This document shows, piece after piece, positions 10,498 to 18,769 of a DNA stretch of 40,000 nucleotides. The first letter of the stretch is position 1, and each line of letters starts with the position of its first letter. The notes below the pieces were generated by a model. The model ran no database searches. It was not told the DNA's origin and saw nothing but the letters and a program-made list of their open reading frames with translations. The translations under genes and the position numbers were made by a program. Origin of the DNA: Flavobacteriaceae bacterium PS02334. GTDB taxonomy: Bacteria; Bacteroidota; Bacteroidia; Flavobacteriales; Flavobacteriaceae. The DNA is taken from contig JASCOH010000004.1 of the NCBI GenBank assembly GCA_029959295.1, forward strand, positions 229,762-269,761. The letters run 5' to 3'.

Positions 10498-11661
10498 GTG
10501 ACAACAAACGAACGAATGACGCTTTCAGAACACTACAATTCCGTTAGAAAACATACCGAAATCATCTGCCAACCCTTGAAAACAGAAGATTTCGTGCCAC
10601 AACCCGTGAACTTTGTGAGTCCGCCGAAATGGCATTTGGCGCACACTACTTGGTTTTTCGAGCAATTTGTCTTGAAAGAACATTTGCCCGATTACAAAGT
10701 TTTTGATGACGATTTCAGCTTCCTTTTTAATAGTTATTACAACTTTGTCGGCAAACGCGTTTTCAGAGCTGACCGAGGAAACATCACGCGTCCCGGAGTT
10801 CAGGAAGTTTTTGAATACCGCGCTTATGTCGATATGCACATGCAAATTTTATTGCAGTTAAAATCTGAAGAGTTGAAAGATTTGCTTGAACTCGGATTAA
10901 ATCACGAACAGCAACATCAGGAATTATTATTGACAGACATCAAATATATTTTAGGAAACAACCCAATTTTTCCAGTTTACAACGAAGATTTAGTTTGGGA
11001 AAATGATACCAATTCTGAAACTGGTTTTGCAAAAATTGAAGAAGGAATTTATGGAATCGGACACAATTCTGAAGAATTTTCCTTTGACAATGAGCACGGA
11101 AGACACAAAGTGTATCTGCATGAATTTGAAATTTCAAAAACCTTGGTGACTAATTCAGAATATTTAGAATTTATAAACTCTGACGGTTACAAAAATTTCA
11201 AATATTGGCTCGACGAAGGTTGGTCTTGGGTAACTGAAAATAAAATTGAAGCGCCATTATATTGGCACAAAATCGACGGCGAATGGTATCATTACACCAT
11301 GAACGGATTGCAAAAAGTGAATCCGGAAGCTGTTGTAACTCACATCAGTTTTTACGAAGCTTCCGCATTTGCCGAATGGAAAAAGATGCGTCTTCCAACA
11401 GAATTTGAATGGGAAATTGCTTCTGATAAATTCAACTGGGGAAAACGCTGGGAATGGACCAATTCTGCTTATTTGCCTTATCCAAATTTCAAAAAACCAG
11501 AAGGCGCCATTGGCGAATACAACGGAAAATTTATGGTAAACCAAATGGTCTTGCGCGGTTCAAGTTGCGCGACATCGCCAAATCACAGCCGAAAAACATA
11601 CAGAAACTTTTTTCACGCAGACGAGCGCTGGCAATTCAACAGCATTCGTTTGGCAAAATAA
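10498..11661 (+). CDS. egtB: EgtB-like sulfoxide synthase (DinB_2 + FGE-sulfatase domains)
   Basis: 387 aa with a GTG start (an alternative ATG lies at 10516). The DinB-type metal motif is LNHEQQHQELLLTD. The C-terminal FGE-like region has WEWTNSAYLPYPNF and RGSSCATSP. It is adjacent to egtD. Confidence 0.8.
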   Translation: MTTNERMTLSEHYNSVRKHTEIICQPLKTEDFVPQPVNFVSPPKWHLAHTTWFFEQFVLKEHLPDYKVFDDDFSFLFNSYYNFVGKRVFRADRGNITRPGVQEVFEYRAYVDMHMQILLQLKSEELKDLLELGLNHEQQHQELLLTDIKYILGNNPIFPVYNEDLVWENDTNSETGFAKIEEGIYGIGHNSEEFSFDNEHGRHKVYLHEFEISKTLVTNSEYLEFINSDGYKNFKYWLDEGWSWVTENKIEAPLYWHKIDGEWYHYTMNGLQKVNPEAVVTHISFYEASAFAEWKKMRLPTEFEWEIASDKFNWGKRWEWTNSAYLPYPNFKKPEGAIGEYNGKFMVNQMVLRGSSCATSPNHSRKTYRNFFHADERWQFNSIRLAK

Positions 11662-11667
11662 TCACTT

Positions 11668-12627
11668 ATGAAAATCACAATCCCAACATACAATCAAGCT
11701 TTTGCGGAAGACGTTTTGAAAGGCCTGACCGACAAGAAAAAGCATCTTTCGTCCCGTTATTTTTATGACGACGAAGGAAGCCATATTTTTCAGCAGATCA
11801 TGAAAATGCCTGAATATTATCCAACGAATTGCGAGTTTGAGATTCTGTCGCAACAATCGGAAAGAATTTTAGAGAAATTAAATTTCAAAGAAAACTTTAA
11901 TATTGTTGAATTTGGTTCGGGCGACGGCACAAAAACAAAGCAATTGCTGAAAACTTTTTTGGACAAAAAGGCTGATTTTACGTATGTTCCGATTGATATT
12001 TCTGAAGAAGCGATTTTGATTTTGGAGGAAAATATAAGAGCATCACTTCCCGAAATTAAGATGAATTCAAAAATTGGAGACTACTTTGATATTTTAAAGG
12101 ATATATCGAAGGAAGAAACTCCGAATCTATTCCTGTTTTTAGGAGGAAACATCGGAAATTACAAAAAGGAGGACGCAATTGATTTGCTTCAAAAATTTGC
12201 TTCGGGAATGAAAAAAGGAGACAAATTGCTGATGGGAATTGATCTGCAAAAAAGTCCGAGAACGATTCAAAAAGCATACGACGATCCACACGGAATCACG
12301 AAGGCGTTCAATATGAATTTATTGAAAAGAATTAATCGTGAATTGGAAGCGGATATTGACTTGGATCAATTTGATTTTTATTGCCATTATAATCCAGAAA
12401 ATGGTGAAGTGAATAGTTATTTGTTTAGTTTGATCAAGCAGAACTTTTACTCTAAAATTCTTGATAAATCATTCCATTTTGAAAAAGGAGAAACGATTTG
12501 GACTGAACTTTCTAAAAAATATAGTTTTACTGAAATTGAAGAATTAGCGACCAGGTTGGATTTTAAAGTGGTAGAGAATTTCTTGGATTCTAAATATTAT
12601 TTTACGGATAGTTTGTGGGAGAAATAA
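11668..12627 (+). CDS. egtD: L-histidine N-alpha-methyltransferase (EgtD-like)
   Basis: 319 aa. YFYDDEGSHIFQQIMKMPEYYPTNCEFEIL closely parallels the EgtD N-terminal signature as I recall it. It has the SAM-MTase motif VEFGSGDG and lies 6 nt after egtB. Confidence 0.85.
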   Translation: MKITIPTYNQAFAEDVLKGLTDKKKHLSSRYFYDDEGSHIFQQIMKMPEYYPTNCEFEILSQQSERILEKLNFKENFNIVEFGSGDGTKTKQLLKTFLDKKADFTYVPIDISEEAILILEENIRASLPEIKMNSKIGDYFDILKDISKEETPNLFLFLGGNIGNYKKEDAIDLLQKFASGMKKGDKLLMGIDLQKSPRTIQKAYDDPHGITKAFNMNLLKRINRELEADIDLDQFDFYCHYNPENGEVNSYLFSLIKQNFYSKILDKSFHFEKGETIWTELSKKYSFTEIEELATRLDFKVVENFLDSKYYFTDSLWEK

Positions 12628-12666
12628 AAAAATCCCGCCAGTTTTCACCAGCGGGATTTTAAAAAA
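12627..12666. terminator. Bidirectional terminator between egtD and the ALDH gene
   Basis: AAAAAAATCCCGC..(loop)..GCGGGATTTTAAAAAA, a GC-rich stem with A/T runs on both sides between convergent genes. Confidence 0.8.
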
Positions 12667-12679
12667 TTCTATCTAAATC

Positions 12680-14233
12680 TTATAAATCAAACTTAATTCC
12701 TTGAGCCAGAGGTAAATTTGTTGTGTAATTAATTGTATTTGTTTGTCTTCTCATATACACTTTCCAAGCGTCAGAACCTGATTCGCGTCCGCCACCAGTT
12801 TCTTTTTCTCCACCAAAAGCACCACCGATTTCAGCACCAGAAGTTCCGATGTTTACATTGGCAATTCCGCAGTCAGAACCAGCAACAGAAAGAAATCTTT
12901 CTGCTTCACGCAAATTATTTGTCATAATTGCAGAAGACAATCCTTGCGCCACTCCGTTTTGGATGGCGATGGCATTGTCAATGTCTCCGTCATATTTCAA
13001 AAGATATAAAACTGGAGCGAAAGTTTCGTGCTGCACAATTTCATAATGACCTTCTGCTTCAGCAATTGCAGGTTTTACGTAGCATCCGCTTTCATAACCT
13101 TCGCCAGAAAGAACGCCACCTTCAACAATAATTTTTCCTCCTTCAGCAACAACTTTCGTTAAGGCTTTGTTATACATTTCTACAGCGTGCGTATCGATTA
13201 GCGGTCCAACGTGGTTGTTTTGATCCAAAGGATTTCCGATTTTCAATTGACCGTAAGCCGAAACAATTGCGTCTCTTACTTTGTCATAAATACTTTCGTG
13301 GATAATCAAACGGCGTGTTGACGTACAACGTTGTCCGGCAGTTCCCACAGCGCCAAAAACAGCACCGATAACCGTCATTTTCACGTCAGCATCTGGCGTC
13401 ACGATGATTGCATTGTTTCCACCTAATTCTAATAACGAACGGCCCAAACGGCCCGCAACAGTTTGCGCCACGATTTTACCCATTCTTGTTGAACCAGTTG
13501 CAGAAACCAACGGCACACGAACGTCAGAAGTCATCCATTCTCCTACCTTGTAATCTCCATTGATTAAGCAAGAAATTCCTTCAGGAAGATTGTTTTCTTT
13601 TAAAACTTCGGCAATAATATTTTGACAAGCAACACCGCACAAAGGTGTTTTTTCAGATGGTTTCCAAACGCAAACGTCTCCGGCAATCCAAGCTAAAGCG
13701 GTGTTCCAAGACCAAACTGCTACCGGGAAGTTGAACGCAGAAATGATTCCTACGATTCCAAGAGCGTGATATTGGTCGTACATTCTGTGTCCAGGACGTT
13801 CAGAGTGCATTGTGAAACCGTGTAATTGACGCGATAGACCTACTGCAAAGTCACAGATGTCTATCATTTCTTGCACTTCGCCAAGACCTTCTTGCAATGA
13901 TTTTCCCATTTCATAAGAAACCAATTTTCCAAGAGCGTCTTTTTTCTCGCGCAATTTTTGTCCGAATTGACGAACGATTTCTCCACGTTGCGGTGCCGGC
14001 ATCATACGGAAAGTTTTGAAAGCTTCGGTTGCGCTTTGCATTACTTTTTCGTAATCTTCTTTTGTTGTAGTTTTTACTTTTCCGATTAATTGACCGTCAA
14101 CTGGGGAGTAGCTTTCCAGGATTTCTCCGTTTGAAAACCAAGAATTTCCTGTTGAAGTTCCTTCGTTAATTTCTTTGATGCCTAGTTGTTGCAAGGCTTC
14201 CTGCATTCCGAATTGATTTGCTGTTGTTGCCAT
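12680..14233 (-). CDS. Aldehyde dehydrogenase, ALDH7/aminoadipate-semialdehyde dehydrogenase-like
   Basis: 517 aa with ELGGNNA, the catalytic Cys context GQRCTS, and the ALDH7-like N-terminus LGIKEINEGTSTG...WFSNGEILESYSPVDG. Confidence 0.85.
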   Translation of the reverse strand: MATTANQFGMQEALQQLGIKEINEGTSTGNSWFSNGEILESYSPVDGQLIGKVKTTTKEDYEKVMQSATEAFKTFRMMPAPQRGEIVRQFGQKLREKKDALGKLVSYEMGKSLQEGLGEVQEMIDICDFAVGLSRQLHGFTMHSERPGHRMYDQYHALGIVGIISAFNFPVAVWSWNTALAWIAGDVCVWKPSEKTPLCGVACQNIIAEVLKENNLPEGISCLINGDYKVGEWMTSDVRVPLVSATGSTRMGKIVAQTVAGRLGRSLLELGGNNAIIVTPDADVKMTVIGAVFGAVGTAGQRCTSTRRLIIHESIYDKVRDAIVSAYGQLKIGNPLDQNNHVGPLIDTHAVEMYNKALTKVVAEGGKIIVEGGVLSGEGYESGCYVKPAIAEAEGHYEIVQHETFAPVLYLLKYDGDIDNAIAIQNGVAQGLSSAIMTNNLREAERFLSVAGSDCGIANVNIGTSGAEIGGAFGGEKETGGGRESGSDAWKVYMRRQTNTINYTTNLPLAQGIKFDL

Positions 14234-14327
14234 TTATAACTTTTTGATTGTAAATTGTAATATTTTTTGCGAAGTTATGATTTATAGGTGGAATTTGCGA
14301 ATTAAAATGCGATTTTGGCAATCAGAT

Positions 14328-14479
14328 GTCATTGCGACGAAGGAAGCGATCGCATAATCTGAATAACCAAAAAACTTTTTGAACGCTGATTTGGGCGGAT
14401 GACGCTGATTTTCGCAGATTCTATTTTGTTACAATTAATATGTTGAAAATAGATTATGTGCTTCCTTCGTTGCAATGAC
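14328..14479. repeat. MITE-like intergenic repeat with ~30-bp terminal inverted repeats
   Basis: GTCATTGCGACGAAGGAAGCGATCGCATAATCT (14328-14360) matches the reverse complement of AGATTATGTGCTTCCTTCGTTGCAATGAC (14451-14479). The interior contains ACGCTGATTT / ACGCTGATTTT direct words. Confidence 0.7.
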
Positions 14480-14622
14480 AGTGGAGACAAACTGCGTCAG
14501 TAGCCCCGATTGCAGCGGAAACCCCGGAAACAAAAAAAGCCAGTGTTTTTATTTTAAAGTTTTCAGGAAAAAGCCGTATCGGTTGAATACTAAGCTTTTA
14601 TAGGAATAATCAAAGAAGTCAG

Positions 14623-14638
14623 GTAACGATTTGGTAAC
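14623..14638 (+). repeat. Left copy of the exact 16-bp direct repeat GTAACGATTTGGTAAC (candidate att core)
   Basis: Identical 16-mer at 39781-39796. There is partial flanking similarity (TCAAAG upstream, CTTGCTTTT-AAC downstream). It lies at the core/accessory transition. Confidence 0.4.
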
Positions 14639-14841
14639 GGTGCTTATTACTTTGCTTTTCAACGTGTTTCCGTTCGCTCAAAACAAATATACAAAAGAAT
14701 ATATTACATACCAAAATGATTGAAGTTGGTAAAAATTTAGTAACGTTCCGCTGCTTCTCGTCAGTTGTGAAGTTCGGAACGAATTATTTTCCGTTAAAGA
14801 TAAAAATTCTTGCGAAACGTGAACGTGAATTTACAACAAAA

Positions 14842-14855
14842 CTCGCAATTGCGAG
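14842..14855 (+). other. Palindromic hairpin CTCGCAATTGCGAG, 8 nt upstream of the intron 5' end
   Basis: Perfect 14-nt palindrome. Class C introns are known to home just downstream of stem-loops. Confidence 0.5.
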
Positions 14856-14863
14856 AAACAGAT

Positions 14864-16814
14864 GTGTTTGCCCTGCATCCGCAGGACACACTCTGTAGTG
14901 TCGAAGAAAAATTCGAAAATACAAATTTCGAATTAAGAATCAAACATATGGAGTGTTATTTTTCTAGAAGGTGTAAGTCCTTTATGGGCGGATTAACAAT
15001 TCGAACCATTAGCACGTCGCAAGGTGGTTTATCGTGAGGTATGCACTGAAGGAAGCGAAATGCGAAGCATTCATGAACTCCGATAAAGAGAAAATAAATA
15101 CTTCGTGAATAAACGGCAAAATCCGGTACTGACGAACAGAAATGTCATATGAGGCAAGTTAAAACGGATCAGCGTCCACAGCAACGTAACGTCCCAAGAT
15201 TACCAAAGTTTTAATTTGTAGATGACGCAGGAATTGGAGGAAAGAAAAAGCGGTTACCAGGGGAGGTCTTGACAACTACGAGTTGGTTACGTCAAGAAGT
15301 CAGCAGAAGTCATAGTACTTGTGGCCAACGAGGTGCAAATAGAAATTGCACAGGACTCACTAGCAAGGAAGGACCGAACGCAAAGAGGTTTTCAATGGCT
15401 AAAAGAATTCGCCACGGCGAATAGCTTTAGCTAACGAAAACAGATTGAAACAAAACTAAGATGATTGAACGCGTAGTACATCCTTATCAGCTTGAAAAAG
15501 CATTAAGCCACGTTATTGCCAACAAAGGCAGTGCGGGGGTTGATGGCGTTTCGGTACGTGAAATTTGCAAGATATTCACCGAAAAGAAACAGCAATTTAT
15601 CCAGCAAATTAAAACAGGAAACTATCAAGTGCAACCCATTTTAGGGATTGAAATTCCAAAAGGAAACGGAAAAACCCGATTATTGGGCATTCCTACCACC
15701 ACCGAAAGAGTATGGCAACAAAGTGTGGCACAAAATCTTGCACCACTATTTGAACCCGAATTCAAGCCCAATAGTTATGGATTTAGACCCAATAAAAATG
15801 CCCGACAAGCCGTTGGACAAGCACGGGAATACATCCACCAAGGGTTAAACCACATTGTAGATACCGACTTGAAGAATTTCTTTGACGAAGTGGACCATTG
15901 TTTGTTGCTGAATTTAGTGTACCAAAAAGTAAAGTGCAAAACCACGATGCAACTCCTTCGGAAATGGCTCAAAGCACCCATTAAAATCAACGGAAAACTA
16001 CAAAAACGAAGAAAAGGCGTGCCGCAAGGAAGCCCATTAAGTCCGCTCTTATCCAATATTCTGCTCCATCAATTGGACAAAGAATTGACCAGAAGAGGAC
16101 ACAAATTTGTGCGTTATGCCGATGACTTTAGTATTTATTGCAAAAGCCACAATCAAGCGAAAGCGACTAAAGTTGTTATTGAAAAGTTCCTAAAGAACAA
16201 GCTCAAACTAACCGTCAATCAAGAAAAGAGCGGTGTTCGAAAACCCGTTAACTTCACGATATTAGGCTTTAGTTTTGTGCCTGTTTACAAAAAAGGAAGT
16301 AAAAACCAATACCAACTTGTAGTAGGCGAAAAGGCATGGAAACGCCTAAAGGAACGGCTGAAAAGCATTACCCGAAAAACCACACCAGCAAAATTTGACG
16401 AGCGACTAACCAAGATAAAAGAAGTGCAACGAGGATGGTTAACCTATTTTCGGGGTACCAACATCATGGGGAAATTGCGAGATTTAGACGGCTGGCTTAG
16501 AAATCGACTGCGTTATTGCATTTGGCACGACTGGAAAAAACCTGAAAGAAAGAGGAAAAACCTCATACGATTGGGAATCGACCAAGACCACGCTTATGCT
16601 TGGAGCAGAACTCGAAAAGGCGGTTGGGCAATAGCTCAAAGTCCCATTTTAGGCACAACAATAACCTTACAACGCTTGAAGAAAAGAGGATACTTATCCT
16701 TAACCGAACTTTACATCCAACTCCATCCATCTCTTTGCGAACCGCCGAGTACGTGACCCGTACGCTCGGTGGTGTGAGAGGCTCTCCCTGCTAGTTTCTA
16801 GCGGGGCAGTCTAC
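14864..16814 (+). mobile_element. Group II intron, bacterial class C (IIC), with ORF in domain IV
   Basis: The 5' end is GTGTTTGCCCTGCATCC. GGGGAGGTCT and GAAGTCAGCAGAAGTCATAGTAC (15296-15318) match conserved strings I recall from the Oceanobacillus iheyensis IIC intron. Domain V is GAACCGCCGAGTACGTGACCCGTACGCTCGGTGGT (16739-16773). A domain VI-like stem is CCCTGCTAG/CTAGCGGGG. The 3' end at ..CAGTCTAC (16814) is uncertain by a few nt. Confidence 0.85.
15461..16756 (+). CDS. Group II intron reverse transcriptase/maturase
   Basis: 431 aa with RT motifs GVPQGSPLSPLLSNILL and RYADDFSIYC (YADD) and a maturase X-like RGWLTYF. The last codons overlap domain V. Confidence 0.95.
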   Translation: MIERVVHPYQLEKALSHVIANKGSAGVDGVSVREICKIFTEKKQQFIQQIKTGNYQVQPILGIEIPKGNGKTRLLGIPTTTERVWQQSVAQNLAPLFEPEFKPNSYGFRPNKNARQAVGQAREYIHQGLNHIVDTDLKNFFDEVDHCLLLNLVYQKVKCKTTMQLLRKWLKAPIKINGKLQKRRKGVPQGSPLSPLLSNILLHQLDKELTRRGHKFVRYADDFSIYCKSHNQAKATKVVIEKFLKNKLKLTVNQEKSGVRKPVNFTILGFSFVPVYKKGSKNQYQLVVGEKAWKRLKERLKSITRKTTPAKFDERLTKIKEVQRGWLTYFRGTNIMGKLRDLDGWLRNRLRYCIWHDWKKPERKRKNLIRLGIDQDHAYAWSRTRKGGWAIAQSPILGTTITLQRLKKRGYLSLTELYIQLHPSLCEPPST

Positions 16815-16831
16815 TCGATTGGTGGTAGTTA

Positions 16832-17431
16832 TTATTTTTCAGCAATTGGTAATTTAGAAATTCCTTCTTCAATTTTTTGTATTCCTTCTGGATAGAGTTT
16901 TTTATGATAATACATTTCATTAAAGATTTCACAAAATTTTATAATACTTTCAAAATCATTTTTTTCAATATTTATTTCAATCTCTTTATATGAATTTTGA
17001 AAAAGTTTTATATTCTTATTTTCCCTTGTTTGTTCATCGTCTTCAAAATACTCCCAGGCGAATACGCATAAATCTTCACAACCAACTTTTTCATTGTGAA
17101 TTAGCCAATTGCGAATTTCAAAATCATTTGATTTGATTTTTTTAAATTTTTCTAATTCGACTTGAGTTAAACTTTCATATTTATGAAGTTCTAGTAACTC
17201 CTTTATTTTTTCATAAAAATCACAAAATATGATATTATCTTCAATTCTATATTTATTGCATAATTTCAGTAAATTATCATCTTCATTTTCAAAAGAAATA
17301 TTATAACTATTGCGTGAGCAATAGTTATAAATATTTTCATTTTGTTTCAACCAATTATGTAATTCTGAAATTGGAAATAAAGTATTTGTTCTAAAATATT
17401 CAAGAGCTTTTTGTATTGAGTAAGTTGTCAT
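16832..17431 (-). CDS. Hypothetical protein (cassette gene D)
   Basis: 199 aa, very AT-rich and acidic, with no motif recognised. It lies 22 nt downstream of gene C on the same strand. Confidence 0.6.
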   Translation of the reverse strand: MTTYSIQKALEYFRTNTLFPISELHNWLKQNENIYNYCSRNSYNISFENEDDNLLKLCNKYRIEDNIIFCDFYEKIKELLELHKYESLTQVELEKFKKIKSNDFEIRNWLIHNEKVGCEDLCVFAWEYFEDDEQTRENKNIKLFQNSYKEIEINIEKNDFESIIKFCEIFNEMYYHKKLYPEGIQKIEEGISKLPIAEK

Positions 17432-17453
17432 TATCTTGTCTTGATTAAATTAA

Positions 17454-18719
17454 TCAGTCAATATTCCAATAGTTTTCAGGATCACCTTCAAAAGCTGAAT
17501 TTATTGTGTCATCATCGAAACCATATGCTCCATTATATTCTGAATAACTTCGTCTATCGTATTCATAATCTCCATCATCATAATCTTCATATACTTCTTC
17601 AAAATTTTCATCAAGATAATAACCAAATTTTTCAAAATTTGACTTTATATCTAAATCAAAAAAATAATTATTGAGGTTTTCATCATAACTTACACCATAT
17701 TTTTTCTCGAATTTGATATTGTTTAATGCTAAAGTTTCATTACTGAAATTTAATTTATAATCGATTAAGTTTGGAGCAAATTCAAATATTGTTGAATTCA
17801 ATCTATTAACTGTAATTTTGGATAAAAATTTTAATTTTTCAATTCTTAATAAATGTGGAGGTATAATAAATTTCTCCACATTTTTTATTGCCCAATCTAA
17901 ATAATTAATGTCTGGATTAATTAGATTGGTTTTTTCTGAAACTTCACAATTAAGGCAATCTTTGCGGTTTAATGTTCTTGTGTTGCGGAAATCACATTTT
18001 AGAATTTTTTCTATTAGATTAGAAAAAGATTCTGTTTTTTCTAATTCATTTTCAGCTTGATTCACGTAGAAGTGTTTTTCTATTGCAAAGAAATTTTTTG
18101 TAAGTAATGAATTAAATGGACTATTTCTAACATCGTCGATAGTATTTCTAATTTCGTCTGTTATTTCAAAATAAGGAACTATAATTTTATTATTAAATTC
18201 TTTGTTTTTACAAAAATCAATAATTTCATTTACATAATCTTGTATTAAATTTACCCGATTATATGTAATATTTATTTTTCCTTTTAAAACTTCAAGAATT
18301 GATTTACTTTTATATTTTCCAAAGTTGATTTTTTCTTCACTACTAATGAAACTAGAAATTCTTTTTTCAACAGCCTTTCCGTATTCAAATTTAAGCCACA
18401 AGTAATTTTCATAATAATTTGAAAAATCATCATAAATAGCATTTCCTAACCCAATTTGAATTATTCCCGAAAACCAATCAGCAAAAACAGGTTCATTTGT
18501 TTTAAAAACGTCGTAGTAATTTTGATTTGAAGTTTCTAAATTTGTTATGAATAATTTGTCATCTGTCAATTTCCAATAACCTTGATAACCTCGCCAATGC
18601 GCAGTTGTATGTGCTTCAAATTTTAAATTATTTTTTTCAATAAACGAATTTAAAGGCAAATTACTCATAGAATAATTTTCTCCTCTATATTCAATTATTT
18701 CACTCGCTTGCATTGTCAT
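17454..18719 (-). CDS. Hypothetical protein (cassette gene C) with acidic Tyr/Asp-rich C-terminal tail
   Basis: 421 aa. The N-terminal module has HWRGYQGYWKLTDDKLFITNL. The C-terminus is EEVYEDYDDGDYEYDRRSYSEYNGAYGFDDDTINSAFEGDPENYWNID. No enzymatic motif was seen. Confidence 0.65.
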   Translation of the reverse strand: MTMQASEIIEYRGENYSMSNLPLNSFIEKNNLKFEAHTTAHWRGYQGYWKLTDDKLFITNLETSNQNYYDVFKTNEPVFADWFSGIIQIGLGNAIYDDFSNYYENYLWLKFEYGKAVEKRISSFISSEEKINFGKYKSKSILEVLKGKINITYNRVNLIQDYVNEIIDFCKNKEFNNKIIVPYFEITDEIRNTIDDVRNSPFNSLLTKNFFAIEKHFYVNQAENELEKTESFSNLIEKILKCDFRNTRTLNRKDCLNCEVSEKTNLINPDINYLDWAIKNVEKFIIPPHLLRIEKLKFLSKITVNRLNSTIFEFAPNLIDYKLNFSNETLALNNIKFEKKYGVSYDENLNNYFFDLDIKSNFEKFGYYLDENFEEVYEDYDDGDYEYDRRSYSEYNGAYGFDDDTINSAFEGDPENYWNID

Positions 18720-18769
18720 AATTTCTCTCTATTTTGTCTATTTGCGCAATTTCGGCTACAATTACCACC

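Noticed and set aside
14480-14640. tRNA or tmRNA gene as integration target at the island's left edge (and at 39797-40000)
   Set aside because: No cloverleaf-compatible sequence or conserved T-loop (GTTCRANYC) context was found. The flanks look like short intergenic repeats (AAAAACAC-GGCTTTTTT words in inverted orientation at 14535-14560 and 39968-39985).
14716-15037. Track ORFs 14716..14898 and 14810..15037
   Set aside because: They span the intron insertion site and ribozyme domain I. The region is better explained as structured intron RNA and a non-coding flank.
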